From the NCBI GenBank assembly GCA_964646945.1, contig CAZYIL010000002.1, positions 1 to 46,976 on the forward strand: a DNA stretch of 46,976 nucleotides, written 5' to 3'. The translations under genes were made by a program, and so were the position numbers. The notes beneath the pieces are model-generated. The model was not told where the DNA came from and made no database searches. It saw only the letters and a program-made list of their open reading frames with translations. Numbering within the stretch: the first letter of the stretch is position 1; every line of letters starts with the position of its first letter. This DNA comes from an uncultured Marinoscillum sp. (GTDB taxonomy: Bacteria > Bacteroidota > Bacteroidia > Cytophagales > MED-G16). This document shows positions 30,181-40,963 of this stretch, piece after piece.

Positions 30181-31893
30181 ATGAACATAAATAACATTTC
30201 TAAAAATGAAAGAACATTCGATGCAATTGTTATTGGATCTGGAATGAGTGGTGGATGGGCAGCTAAAGAATTAAGTCAATCGGGTTTAAAAACTCTTGTG
30301 CTTGAAAGAGGAAGAGACATCAAACATATTAAAGATTATCCAACAATGAATAAAGCACCTTGGGAATTGCCTTATGCTGATCAACTTACAGCAAGAGAAA
30401 GAAAACATTACGACAAACAATTACGAACAGGATATACTGTAAAACAGTCAACAATACATTGGTGGGTAAAAGACACAGATCAACCTTACCAAGAAGTTAA
30501 AGGTGAATTTGACTGGATAAGAGGATATCATGTAGGAGGAAAGTCACTCTTATGGGCCAGGCATGTTTATAGATGGAGTAACTTAGATTTTGAAGCAAAT
30601 GCAAAAGAAGGAATTGGAGTAGATTGGCCAATTAGATATAAAGATATTGAAAAATGGTATGATTATGTTGAATCACATATTGGAATTAGTGGACGAAAAG
30701 AAGGGCTTTCTCAACTACCAGATGGAAAGTTTTTGCCTCCTTTTGAATTAAACTGTGTAGAAAAAGACTTTAGAAAAAATTTAAAAGAAAAATTCAAAAA
30801 TAGAATCTTAACTTCTGGAAGAATTGCTCATATAACAGGAAATGAAAACAACTTTAGTGGACGAGGAAAATGTCAATCTAGAAATTTATGTGTGAGAGGA
30901 TGTCCTTTTGGAGGATATTTCAGCAGTAATTCTGGAACACTACCAGATGCTGAAAAATCAGGAAATATGACTTTAAGACCTTATTCAATTGTTCACTCTA
31001 TTATCTATGATGAAAAAAAAGGTAAAGCTACTGGAGTAATTGTTAGAGATTCTGAAACCCTTGAAGAAATTAAATTCTATTCAAAAATAATCTTTTTATG
31101 TGCTTCAACAATTAATTCAACTTCTATAATGCTAAATTCAATATCAAACAGATTCCCTAATGGTCTAGGTAATGATTCAGGTGAGCTTGGACATAATATT
31201 ATGGATCATCATTTCTTAGTTGGTGCAAGAGCAAAAATTGATGGTTATGAAGATAGATATTATACAAAAGGAAGACCTAGTGGTATCTATTTGCCTAGAT
31301 TTAGAAATTTAGGAAAAAACAATATGGATTATTTAAGAGGATATGGTTATCAAGGTGGAGCAAGCAGAGGAAATTGGTCAAGTGCTGGTGAATCAATTTC
31401 TGCAGGAGAAAGTCTAATTAAACAGGCCGTCAAACCAGGAGAATGGACGATGAATCTTCTAGGTTTTGGTGAGGTCCTTCCCTATCATGAAAACAAAATG
31501 TATCTTAATTCCTCAAAAGTTGATAAGTGGGGAATCCCTACAGTAAATTTTGAAACTGAAATAAAAGATAATGAAAAGTTAATGAGAAAAGACATGGGAG
31601 ATTCAGCTGCTGAAATGCTAGAATCATGTGGGTTTAAAAATATTGAGAAATATGATAATAGATATGCTTTAGGTTTAGGGATACATGAAATGGGCACAGC
31701 AAGAATGGGAAAAGATCCAAAAGATTCGGTACTAAATAAATGGAATCAAGTTCATAGTTGTAAGAATGTTTTTGTTACTGATGGAGCATGTATGACATCC
31801 TCATCATGTGTAAATCCATCAATAACATATATGGCAATAACTGCAAGAGCAGCAAATTATGCTATAAATGAATTGAAGAAAAGAAACCTCTAA
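30181..31893 (+). CDS. GMC-family FAD-dependent oxidoreductase (sugar/gluconate dehydrogenase large subunit-like)
   Basis: N-terminal FAD fold FDAIVIGSGMSGGWAAKEL and a C-terminal GMC region (GIHEMGTARMG...VTDGA). No signal peptide of its own. Confidence 0.9.
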   Translation: MNINNISKNERTFDAIVIGSGMSGGWAAKELSQSGLKTLVLERGRDIKHIKDYPTMNKAPWELPYADQLTARERKHYDKQLRTGYTVKQSTIHWWVKDTDQPYQEVKGEFDWIRGYHVGGKSLLWARHVYRWSNLDFEANAKEGIGVDWPIRYKDIEKWYDYVESHIGISGRKEGLSQLPDGKFLPPFELNCVEKDFRKNLKEKFKNRILTSGRIAHITGNENNFSGRGKCQSRNLCVRGCPFGGYFSSNSGTLPDAEKSGNMTLRPYSIVHSIIYDEKKGKATGVIVRDSETLEEIKFYSKIIFLCASTINSTSIMLNSISNRFPNGLGNDSGELGHNIMDHHFLVGARAKIDGYEDRYYTKGRPSGIYLPRFRNLGKNNMDYLRGYGYQGGASRGNWSSAGESISAGESLIKQAVKPGEWTMNLLGFGEVLPYHENKMYLNSSKVDKWGIPTVNFETEIKDNEKLMRKDMGDSAAEMLESCGFKNIEKYDNRYALGLGIHEMGTARMGKDPKDSVLNKWNQVHSCKNVFVTDGACMTSSSCVNPSITYMAITARAANYAINELKKRNL

Positions 31894-31895
31894 AA

Positions 31896-32447
31896 ATGAA
31901 AAGAAGAGAATTACTTAAAAATACGTCATTATGGATTTCAGGAATGCTTATAGTTTCTCCATCATCTGTTATGTTAAGTTCTTGTGATATTACTGAAAAA
32001 GAAAGTTCTTGGAAATCAGTTTTTTTTTCAAAGAAAAATGCGAATTTATTATATGAGATTATTGATACTTTAATTCCTAATACCGAAATTCCAGGAGCAA
32101 TAGCAGCAAATGTACATAAGTTTGTTGAATCATATGTTCAAGACGTTTATGATACAGATAAAAGAAAATGGTTTGTTGAAGAGTTGTCTGATTTTGATCA
32201 AAAAATCAAAAAGTTTTCAGGTCAATCAATTTTTGATTTAAAATTAGAAGATAGAATCAATACATTAAATCAAATACAAATAGAAGAAGGGAACAATTCA
32301 TTTTATGTTGATCTAAAAAGATTTGTAATTACAGGATATTTTAATTCTGAAATAGGTGTTAAACAAGCTTTAAATTATAAACCAATTCCTGGAACATTTA
32401 AAGGGTGCATACCCTTAGAAGAATCAGAGGGTAAATCTTGGTCATGA
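31896..32447 (+). CDS. Gluconate 2-dehydrogenase subunit 3-family small subunit with twin-arginine signal
   Basis: MKRRELLKNTSLWISGMLIV...LSSC is a Tat-type RR signal with a lipobox-like Cys. 183 aa. Starts 2 nt after the GMC gene stop. Confidence 0.8.
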   Translation: MKRRELLKNTSLWISGMLIVSPSSVMLSSCDITEKESSWKSVFFSKKNANLLYEIIDTLIPNTEIPGAIAANVHKFVESYVQDVYDTDKRKWFVEELSDFDQKIKKFSGQSIFDLKLEDRINTLNQIQIEEGNNSFYVDLKRFVITGYFNSEIGVKQALNYKPIPGTFKGCIPLEESEGKSWS

Positions 32448-32470
32448 AAATAAAAATAGAAAAGATATAA

Positions 32471-34135
32471 ATGAACTCAAATACTATAACAACACCTCTA
32501 GATAATTTTTATAAATGGGAAAGTCAAAAATCTAATAAAACATTTTTAATTCAGCCTATTGAAGGAAAATATATTGAATATACTTGGGGGGAAGTTGGTG
32601 TGCAAGCTAGAAAAATTTCAAAACATATAAATAAACTGAACCTGAAAAAAGATTCTAAGATTGCAATAATATCTAAAAATTGTGCTCATTGGATAATTGC
32701 TGATTTAGCAATAATGATGAGTGGCCATGTTTCTGTTCCTATTTATGCTAATGTTAATGCTAAAACAACAAAATATATTCTTGAACACAGTGAATCAAAA
32801 ATAGTTTTCATTGGAAAATTAGAAGAAAATGATTGGAAAGAAATCAAGAAGGGAATTCCAACGAATATTAATAAAATAAATTTTGGATATTATAATTTAT
32901 CGGAAACAGATGGAATGAAAAAATGGGATGATATAATTTCTTCAAATTCACCTATAACAGGAAATCCAAAAAGTAATTTGGATAACATATTTTCTATAAT
33001 ATATACATCTGGAACAACAGGAATACCTAAAGGTGTTGTCTTAAAATATTTCTCGGCTTCGTTAGCAACTCAAAATCTGAATAACATAGTGCCTCTTCTA
33101 GAGTCTGAAAGATGGTTTTCATATCTCCCATTATCTCATATTGCTGAAAGAGCACTAGTAGAATTTGGAGGAATCTTTTCAGGTGGAACAATTAGTTTTG
33201 CTGAATCACTCGATACATTTTCAAAAAATTTAAAAGACACGCAACCAACCATATTTTTCGGGGTACCAAGAATATGGTCGAAATTTATGATGGGGATTTT
33301 AGCAAAATTTTCTCAAAAAAAAATAGATCTTATCCTATCTATACCTTTAATAAATAGTCTTTTTAGAAACGTTATTAAAAAAGCTTTAGGTCTAAATAAA
33401 TCTAGAATATGCATTACTGGAGCTGCAGCAATACCAGTTTCAACTTTAGATTGGTATAAAAAACTTGGAATAATAGTTTACGAAGCATACGGAATGTCAG
33501 AAAATGCAGCTTGTTCACATGGCAATTATCCAGATAATGTTAAGTTTGGTTATGTTGGAAAAGCTATGCCTAACACTGATGTTAAAATAACTGATAGAGG
33601 TGAAGTTATAATGAAGAATGGTTGCATGATGGAATGTTATTTTAAAGAACCACAAAAAACTAAAGAAGTAATTAAAAACGGATTTCTTTATACGGGTGAC
33701 AAAGGAGAAATAGATGCAGACGGTTATTTAAAAATTACTGGAAGGGTAAAAGATATATTTAAAACTTCTAAAGGAAAGTATGTTGCCCCAAATTCAATTG
33801 AAATGATGTTTAGTAAAAATAAGAAAATTGAACAAATATGCGTTGTTGGAATGAATTTAGTACAACCTTTAGCTTTAGTTGTTTTATCTGAAAATTCAAT
33901 TAACATTGATAAAAGTGAATTAGAAAAAAATCTCGAAAATACGTTAGAACAAATTAATAATAAACTTGAAAAACATGAAAAGGTTGAAAAAGTAATAATA
34001 ATGAAATCCCAATGGACTACAGAAAACAATATTCTAACACCAACAATGAAAATTAAAAGAGGAGAAATAGATTCAATTTATGGATATGAGTATTTAAAAT
34101 GGTATGATTTCTCAGAAAAAATCATATGGGAATAA
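32471..34135 (+). CDS. AMP-dependent synthetase/ligase (long-chain-fatty-acid--CoA ligase-like)
   Basis: AMP-binding motifs IIYTSGTTGIPKGV, YGMSE, and TGDKGEIDADGYLKITGRVKD...KGKYV. Confidence 0.88.
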   Translation: MNSNTITTPLDNFYKWESQKSNKTFLIQPIEGKYIEYTWGEVGVQARKISKHINKLNLKKDSKIAIISKNCAHWIIADLAIMMSGHVSVPIYANVNAKTTKYILEHSESKIVFIGKLEENDWKEIKKGIPTNINKINFGYYNLSETDGMKKWDDIISSNSPITGNPKSNLDNIFSIIYTSGTTGIPKGVVLKYFSASLATQNLNNIVPLLESERWFSYLPLSHIAERALVEFGGIFSGGTISFAESLDTFSKNLKDTQPTIFFGVPRIWSKFMMGILAKFSQKKIDLILSIPLINSLFRNVIKKALGLNKSRICITGAAAIPVSTLDWYKKLGIIVYEAYGMSENAACSHGNYPDNVKFGYVGKAMPNTDVKITDRGEVIMKNGCMMECYFKEPQKTKEVIKNGFLYTGDKGEIDADGYLKITGRVKDIFKTSKGKYVAPNSIEMMFSKNKKIEQICVVGMNLVQPLALVVLSENSINIDKSELEKNLENTLEQINNKLEKHEKVEKVIIMKSQWTTENNILTPTMKIKRGEIDSIYGYEYLKWYDFSEKIIWE

Positions 34136-34141
34136 TTCTGA

Positions 34142-35107
34142 CTAGTTCTCCAACCTTGATTTGTTTTTATGTCCAATATATGGGTTATAACCATTTATCT
34201 TTTTTTGATAATACCCAGTGCCATTATATTTTCTAGTTTTCTTATTGTTTTCACAAGATTCTGAACAACAACCATTGAAGATTCTTGCTCCTTTTTTAGA
34301 CATTGGAACATGGATATTACATTCTGGATTTGCACAGTTTACCATTCTATCAGAAAGTTCACCAGTTAAATAACATTTTGATATAGTTGAAGGATTTATC
34401 TTATTTACACTTACCGCTATTCTATTGTCAAATACGTAGCACTTGCCATCAAAATCTTCTCCATCTTCTTCTAACCCATATTTAATTATACCTCCATGTA
34501 ATTGATATACATTTTCAAATCCTTTTTTTAATAGAAATGCACTTGCTTTTTCACATTTTACTCCACCTGTACAATATGTGATAATTTTGTTTTTTTTGTA
34601 GATTTCCAAATCCTTTAAATTCTTCTTAAAATCCCTAAAATTATTGATATCTAAAGTCAAAGCATTTTTGAATTTCCCAACTTTATGTTCATAATTAGAT
34701 CTAACATCTAATATTATAGTATCAGTTGGTTTATTCTTTAAAACCATTTTGAATTCATTAGGTTCTATGTATTTACCAGATAATTTATTTGGATTTACTG
34801 TTTTAATTCCAGAATTAACTATTTCATCTTTTAATCTCACATTCAATTTATTAAAAACATGGCTAGGATGTTCATCAATTTTAAATTCTATATTCTGAAA
34901 CCTTATATCAGATTTTAAATTTTTTATATATTGATTACAATCATTTATTTTTCCAGAAACAGCCCCATTGATTCCTTCGCTAGAAATGATAATTCTTCCT
35001 CTTAAATTATTTGTTATGCAAAATAAATGATGATTTTCTCTGAACTCATCAGGATTATCAATATTTGAATAACAATAATATAAAAGAACATTATAATTGT
35101 TTTTCAT
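34142..35107 (-). CDS. trhO: Rhodanese-domain tRNA uridine(34) hydroxylase TrhO (UPF0176/YceA family)
   Basis: UPF0176 N-terminal domain, rhodanese active-site loop YCTGGVKCEKA, and a Cys-rich C-terminal tail (CANPECN...CCSESC). Confidence 0.85.
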   Translation of the reverse strand: MKNNYNVLLYYCYSNIDNPDEFRENHHLFCITNNLRGRIIISSEGINGAVSGKINDCNQYIKNLKSDIRFQNIEFKIDEHPSHVFNKLNVRLKDEIVNSGIKTVNPNKLSGKYIEPNEFKMVLKNKPTDTIILDVRSNYEHKVGKFKNALTLDINNFRDFKKNLKDLEIYKKNKIITYCTGGVKCEKASAFLLKKGFENVYQLHGGIIKYGLEEDGEDFDGKCYVFDNRIAVSVNKINPSTISKCYLTGELSDRMVNCANPECNIHVPMSKKGARIFNGCCSESCENNKKTRKYNGTGYYQKKINGYNPYIGHKNKSRLEN

Positions 35108-35922
35108 AATAAATTATTTTTTGCTAATAAAATTTCCATTTCTATCTTAATGCTTTTTGCTTGAATAGCTATCTTTTTTTCAAAATCAGAAGAGGAATCT
35201 GCATATATTATGCTGCGAGAACTATTTACTAAAACACCACAATCATCAGAAAATCCTAATTTACTTATATTCTTTAAACTACCTCCTTGAGAACCAATTC
35301 CCGGTATTAATAAAAAATGATTAGGAACTAATCTTCTAATGTTAACAACATCTTTTTCTCTATTAGCTCCAATTACATACATCATTTTATTTTCATCTGA
35401 CCATTCTAATGATTTTTTTAATACTACCTCATATAATTTGTTAGACGCAATATTCAATTGTTGAAAATCGTTTGAGCCTTCATTTGAAGTTAAAACTAAT
35501 AAAATAACCCACTTTCCTTTATATTTTAGATATGGCTTAACTGAATCATAACCCATATATGGCGAAAGAGTAACTGCATCAAACTTAAAAGTTTCAAAGA
35601 AAGTTTTTGCATACATTTCAGAAGTATTGCCTATATCTCCTCTTTTTGCATCAGCAATTTTAAAAATGTTATTAGGAATATAATTAATTGTTCTTCTTAA
35701 AGATTCAAACCCTTTAGATCCTAAACATTCATAAAAAGCTAAATTTGGTTTATAAGCAATAGCATAATCAGAAGTTGCATCGATAACTCTTTTATTAAAT
35801 TCAAAAACAGGATCTTTATATTTCAAAAGATGCTTAGGGATTTTATTTATATCGGAGTCTAAACCAACACACAAATAAGACTTTTTGGATTTAATGTTTT
35901 TGTAAAGTTCTTCCTTTGTCAT
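35104..35922 (-). CDS. pyrF: Orotidine 5'-phosphate decarboxylase (type 2)
   Basis: LCVGLDSD and IADAKRGDIGNT motifs. 272 aa is typical of the long form. 4-nt overlap with trhO. Confidence 0.9.
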   Translation of the reverse strand: MTKEELYKNIKSKKSYLCVGLDSDINKIPKHLLKYKDPVFEFNKRVIDATSDYAIAYKPNLAFYECLGSKGFESLRRTINYIPNNIFKIADAKRGDIGNTSEMYAKTFFETFKFDAVTLSPYMGYDSVKPYLKYKGKWVILLVLTSNEGSNDFQQLNIASNKLYEVVLKKSLEWSDENKMMYVIGANREKDVVNIRRLVPNHFLLIPGIGSQGGSLKNISKLGFSDDCGVLVNSSRSIIYADSSSDFEKKIAIQAKSIKIEMEILLAKNNLL

Positions 35923-35925
35923 ATG

Positions 35926-36570
35926 TTATCTAAAATCAACAATTTCTATATCAGGATATTTTTCAAAATCAAAAGCAAAAAAATCATCAAAATATTTTTC
36001 CACTTTAAACTGATTTATGGTATAAACATATTTAGTATTAGACCTATCAAATACAGAGAAATTAAACATTGATGAATCATGTTTATTAATCAAAATTTTA
36101 ATTTTATAATAACTTCTAGTCTCATCCAATGGGTATAATTCAATTATATGATGTTTAGAATCTTCTCCAAGATAATTATGGTTAAAACCATTCTTATATA
36201 AATCAAATACATTATTTAGAGAAATTTCTTGATCATCTGGTTCATAAAAAGATATATTAACCTCATTCAATTCTGGAAGATAAGTCCATACTGTTTTTCC
36301 ATCATTGATAATTTCTTGACCTTCAATTGTTAAAACATATTTTTCATCTTTAATTATAATTTTTCCTTGAAATGAATCTTCTATATTTTCATCAAGATTT
36401 ACCATTGAATACTGAAAAGTTGAAGAAAAACTTTCCATTTTTTTATAGAAAGAACTCATTTTATCTAAAATTTCAACTGCTTTTTTATTATTTTCTTGAG
36501 AAAACAGTTTTTCAACTGAAAATAAATTCAACAACATAAATATTATTAGCAAAAAATATTTCATAATCAT
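35926..36570 (-). CDS. lolA: LolA-like outer-membrane lipoprotein carrier protein
   Basis: Signal peptide (MIMKYFLLIIFMLLNLFSVEKLFSQ) and a LolA-sized beta-rich body. Sits directly downstream of ftsK, a conserved position in Bacteroidota. The ORF-track start at 36597 is TTG and overlaps ftsK, so the ATG at 36570 (or 36564) is preferred. Confidence 0.7.
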   Translation of the reverse strand: MIMKYFLLIIFMLLNLFSVEKLFSQENNKKAVEILDKMSSFYKKMESFSSTFQYSMVNLDENIEDSFQGKIIIKDEKYVLTIEGQEIINDGKTVWTYLPELNEVNISFYEPDDQEISLNNVFDLYKNGFNHNYLGEDSKHHIIELYPLDETRSYYKIKILINKHDSSMFNFSVFDRSNTKYVYTINQFKVEKYFDDFFAFDFEKYPDIEIVDFR

Positions 36571-36589
36571 TATTTTAATTATACGTAAT

Positions 36590-38959
36590 TCATTCAAGTG
36601 CGTTTAAAATCTTTTCTAAAGAATATTCATCTGGAATCAATACTTCTCGTGCCTTACTTCCCTCAAAAGGCCCAACAATACCAGCGGATTCTAATTGATC
36701 AATTAACCTGCCAGCTCGATTATAACCTAATTTTAGTTTTCTTTGAATTAAAGACGTACTACCTTGTTGATGTAATACTAATAATCTAGCAGCTTCCTCA
36801 AAAAGAGGATCTCTGTCAGATAAATCAACATCTTTAATGGATTTTTCATTTTCATCAACATATTCAGGAAGTTTATAAGCAGATTCATAACCTCTCTGAT
36901 CTCCAATCCATACACATATATTTCTTATTTCATCAGTGTCTATAAAAGGTCCCTGAAGTCTTATTATGTCTGATCCCATTGACAATAACATATCTCCCAT
37001 TCCAACTAATTGTTCAGCTCCACCAGCATCTAAAATTGTTCTTGAATCTACTTTAGAAGTTACTCTAAAAGATAACCTTGCAGGAAAATTTGCTTTTATA
37101 ACACCTGTAATTACATTAACTGATGGTCTTTGAGTTGCAACTACTAAATGAATACCAATTGCTCTAGCCAACTGTGCTAATCTTGCTATTGGATTTTCTA
37201 TTTCTTTTCCTGCTGTCATCATTAAATCAGCTAACTCATCTATAACTAATATTAAATATGGTAAAAATCTATGTCCTTCGTTAGGATTTAATTTTCTGTT
37301 TTCAAATTTTTTATTGTACTCTTTTATATTTCTTGCTTGCGCATCTTTTAATAAATTATATCTAACATCCATTTCTATACATAATGAATTTAATGTATGA
37401 ACTACTTTTTTTGTCTCTGTGATTATAGCCTCCTCACTATCAGGAATTTTTGCTAAAAAGTGTCTTTCAATTTTATTGAACAATGTTAATTCAACTTTTT
37501 TTGGATCAACAAGCACAAATTTTAGTTGAGAAGGATGTTTTTTATATAAAAGTGATGCAAGCATCACATTTAATCCAACAGATTTACCTTGCCCTGTAGC
37601 TCCTGCAATTAAAATATGGGGCATTTTGGTTAAATCAGTAACAAAAACATCATTAGAAATTGTTTTTCCCATAATAACAGGTAAGTCATAATTACTCTTG
37701 ACAAAAGCTTCTGTTGTCATTACAGACTTTAAATCAACCATTTGTCTATTCTTATTTGGGACTTCAATGCCAATAGTTCCTTTTCCAGGAATAGGAGCAA
37801 TTATTCTAATCCCAAGAGCAGATAAACTTAAAGCAATATCATCTTCTAAATTTTTTATCTTTGAAATTTTAATTCCCGCTTCAGGAACTATTTCATAAAG
37901 TGTTACGGTAGGTCCAATAGTAGCTTTTATCTTTGCAATTTCAATTTTGAAATTTTTTAAAGTTTCAACAATTTTTTCTTTATTAGATTCCAGTTCATCT
38001 TTAGATACTTGGACTTTTTTATCAGGATAATCATTTAAAGAATCAAGTTTTGGATATTTATAAGAAGAAAGATCTAGCTTTGGATCATAATTATCTATCT
38101 TAGATAATCTTGCAGGATCATCATTTTTTTCTACTTTCAATTCTAAGTCTTCTTCTTTTTTTTTAACAATTTCCTTTTTAACAGTTAACTCTTCTACATT
38201 CTTCTCCACCGATTCTTCCTTAATAACATTTGATTTAATAACTTCTTCTTGATCAGTTTCTTCAGTTTCCAACGCATCATCATCATTCTCAAGTAATTCT
38301 TCTTCTATTATTTGACCATCTTCTAATTCCTCGTCTATTGATTTGTTTCTATTTAGAAAGTCAAAGTTTAATAATGGAATTGAAATAGAATGAATTTTGA
38401 ATTGATAAATAGAAAAAATAAATAAAAAAAACAATAAAATTAAAGGAGTAGCCAATCCAAATAAACTTTGAAACAAAAGAGCCAAATTATGACCTATCTT
38501 TCCAGAGTAAAAAGATAAAAAATGATTTTCTCCAACAATTATTAATAAAAAACCTAATAAAACAGTAATCCAAAAAATACTAAAAACACTTATCCCCACT
38601 ATGTTAAAAACAGAATAACTAAAATCCTTAAAAACTAATTTGGATCCTATGGATAAAAAGATTGGAACAAGAAAAATAGATGATATGCCAACTCCTTCAA
38701 AAATTAAGTAGTGAGAAATAAATGCACCGAAATAACCCAACCAATTCTGGACTTCCTGTCCAGCATTTAATGCAGAAATATTGGATGTCATAAGATCAAA
38801 ATCTAGTGTTCCAGTGAAATAAAAAGAAATTGAAGAAAAAAGAAAAAAGATTGAAAAAAATAAAAAAACTGCTCCAATTATTAATTTACTTTTTTGAATA
38901 AAGTTTTTTGAATCAGAGTTTTCCTCATCAAATTCAGAACTATAAAAATCACTTACCAT
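36590..38959 (-). CDS. ftsK: DNA translocase FtsK/SpoIIIE
   Basis: N-terminal TM helices and an acidic linker. Motor domain with Walker A (GATGQGKSV) and Walker B (LILVIDELADL). C-terminal gamma winged-helix (GSTSLIQRKLKLGYNRAGRLIDQLE). Confidence 0.95.
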   Translation of the reverse strand: MVSDFYSSEFDEENSDSKNFIQKSKLIIGAVFLFFSIFFLFSSISFYFTGTLDFDLMTSNISALNAGQEVQNWLGYFGAFISHYLIFEGVGISSIFLVPIFLSIGSKLVFKDFSYSVFNIVGISVFSIFWITVLLGFLLIIVGENHFLSFYSGKIGHNLALLFQSLFGLATPLILLFFLFIFSIYQFKIHSISIPLLNFDFLNRNKSIDEELEDGQIIEEELLENDDDALETEETDQEEVIKSNVIKEESVEKNVEELTVKKEIVKKKEEDLELKVEKNDDPARLSKIDNYDPKLDLSSYKYPKLDSLNDYPDKKVQVSKDELESNKEKIVETLKNFKIEIAKIKATIGPTVTLYEIVPEAGIKISKIKNLEDDIALSLSALGIRIIAPIPGKGTIGIEVPNKNRQMVDLKSVMTTEAFVKSNYDLPVIMGKTISNDVFVTDLTKMPHILIAGATGQGKSVGLNVMLASLLYKKHPSQLKFVLVDPKKVELTLFNKIERHFLAKIPDSEEAIITETKKVVHTLNSLCIEMDVRYNLLKDAQARNIKEYNKKFENRKLNPNEGHRFLPYLILVIDELADLMMTAGKEIENPIARLAQLARAIGIHLVVATQRPSVNVITGVIKANFPARLSFRVTSKVDSRTILDAGGAEQLVGMGDMLLSMGSDIIRLQGPFIDTDEIRNICVWIGDQRGYESAYKLPEYVDENEKSIKDVDLSDRDPLFEEAARLLVLHQQGSTSLIQRKLKLGYNRAGRLIDQLESAGIVGPFEGSKAREVLIPDEYSLEKILNALE

Positions 38960-38988
38960 TTATTTTTTTTCAAAATTAAACAAATAGA

Positions 38989-40017
38989 TTAATCTTTTAA
39001 TAACTCATCTATCATAATTTTATTTATTCTCCTCATTAAACTAGGACCTTCATAAATCCATCCAGTATATACCTGAACAATTGTAGCTCCTGCATTGATT
39101 TTTTTCATCGTTGTATCATAACTTGAAACACCACCAACACCAATTATTGGCAAAGTACCATTTGTCTTTTTTGATATATACCTGATGATTTCTGTTGACT
39201 TCTTCTCAACAAGACTACCGCTTATTCCTCCTTGATTTAAATTAGATTCACTTAAAACACTTCGATCCAAAAAAGTATTTGTCGCTACAATCCCATCAAT
39301 TTTATTTTGAATTACAACATCAATAATCTCATCTATCTCACTAAATGAATTATCCGGTGATATTTTTAACAGAATTGGTTTTGAAAACTTTTTTTTGTTG
39401 TTTTCATTCTGCAGACACTCTAATAATTTAGATAAAGGTTTTTTGTTTAATAAACTTCGTAATCCAGGAGTATTTGGGGAACTAACATTTACTACAAAAT
39501 AATCTACTAGATGAAAAAGTTTCTTAAAACAGATTAGATAGTCATTCCAAGCATTTTCATTTAATGTATCTTTATTTTTTCCAATATTAGCTCCTATAAT
39601 ACAATCTCCATTATACCTTTTTAATCTTTTGGCAATAAGATCAACCCCATCATTGTTAAATCCCATACTATTAAGCAAAGATTTCTTACTATTTAATCTA
39701 AATAATCTAGGTTTATTATTTCCTCTTTGAGGTTTTGGAGTTACAGTTCCAATTTCAATATGTCCAAAACCAAATAAAGATAATTCTTTAATTAAAAATG
39801 CATTTTTATCAAAACCAGCTGCTAAACCTATCCTATTCTTAAATTTTAAATTAAAAACTGACTTGTTTAATACCTGATTGTTTAATGTAAAAAAATACTT
39901 GATTATATAAGATACAAGAGGAATCTTACATACTACTTTCAAAAAAATACATGAAAAATTATGTATAAATTCTGCTGGAAATAAAAAAAGAATAGGTCTG
40001 ATAACCAACTTATACAT
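38989..40017 (-). CDS. pyrD: Dihydroorotate dehydrogenase (quinone), class 2
   Basis: N-terminal membrane-association segment. Motifs AAGFDKNA, NVSSPNTPGLR, GGISG and GVGGV. Confidence 0.93.
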   Translation of the reverse strand: MYKLVIRPILFLFPAEFIHNFSCIFLKVVCKIPLVSYIIKYFFTLNNQVLNKSVFNLKFKNRIGLAAGFDKNAFLIKELSLFGFGHIEIGTVTPKPQRGNNKPRLFRLNSKKSLLNSMGFNNDGVDLIAKRLKRYNGDCIIGANIGKNKDTLNENAWNDYLICFKKLFHLVDYFVVNVSSPNTPGLRSLLNKKPLSKLLECLQNENNKKKFSKPILLKISPDNSFSEIDEIIDVVIQNKIDGIVATNTFLDRSVLSESNLNQGGISGSLVEKKSTEIIRYISKKTNGTLPIIGVGGVSSYDTTMKKINAGATIVQVYTGWIYEGPSLMRRINKIMIDELLKD

Positions 40018-40035
40018 AATACAAATATAAATCTA

Positions 40036-40932
40036 TTAACTCCTAGGATGAAATTCTTTTATCACTTGCTTTAAATATTCTCTGTCAAGGTGTGTGTAAA
40101 CTTCCGTTGTAGTAATTGATTCATGGCCCAGCATTTCTTGGACTGCCCTTAAATCAGCTCCTCCTTCTACCAAATGAGTTGCAAAAGAATGTCTAAATGT
40201 ATGAGGGCTAACTTTTTTATTCATTCCAACACTTATTGAAAGATTTTTAACAATTATAAAGATCATATTTCTTGTTAATTTTTTACCATGTCTATTTAAA
40301 AATACAAAACCATCATTTCCTTTTTTTATTTTCTTCTTATTTCTATAATCATTTAAATAAATATTTATATACTTGATAGCATGTCTTCCAATTGGAACAA
40401 GTCTTTCTTTTGATCCCTTTCCTAAAACCTTTATGAAACCAATATCTAAAAATAGATTTTGAATTGAAAGATTTATCAATTCAGATACTCTTAATCCTGA
40501 ACTATATAGAGTCTCGATTATTGCTCTATTTCTTGTCCCTTCCATAGATGACAAATCTATACCCATTAATAACTTATTAATTTCTTCTAGAGAGAGAACT
40601 TCTGGTAGTTTTCTCTTCAATTTGGGAGATTCAATTAACTCCATAGGATCTAAAGTGATTTTTTCTTCCAAAACCAAAAACTTGTAAAAAGATTTCAAAC
40701 CCGATACAATTCTTGCCTGAGAAAAAGAAGAAATTCCTAAATGATTAACATATTCTAAAAAATCATTGATAAGGATAATATCAACTTGAAGAGGATTTGC
40801 TTTTATATTTTTTAATTCAAGAAAACTTTTTAATTTTTTTACATCATTTATGTATGCTGAAATGGAATTTTCAGATAAAGACCTTTCTAATTTTAAATAA
40901 GAAGAATAATCATTTAAAAACAAATCCCACAT
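40036..40932 (-). CDS. xerD: Site-specific tyrosine recombinase XerD
   Basis: Xer-type core-binding N-domain. Catalytic residues in GLRVSEL, HTFRHSFATHL and LGHESITTTEVYTH. Housekeeping size (298 aa). Divergent from aroQ. Confidence 0.88.
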   Translation of the reverse strand: MWDLFLNDYSSYLKLERSLSENSISAYINDVKKLKSFLELKNIKANPLQVDIILINDFLEYVNHLGISSFSQARIVSGLKSFYKFLVLEEKITLDPMELIESPKLKRKLPEVLSLEEINKLLMGIDLSSMEGTRNRAIIETLYSSGLRVSELINLSIQNLFLDIGFIKVLGKGSKERLVPIGRHAIKYINIYLNDYRNKKKIKKGNDGFVFLNRHGKKLTRNMIFIIVKNLSISVGMNKKVSPHTFRHSFATHLVEGGADLRAVQEMLGHESITTTEVYTHLDREYLKQVIKEFHPRS

Positions 40933-40963
40933 TGTTTTGTAGTTTATTATTTAAATTTATTTA

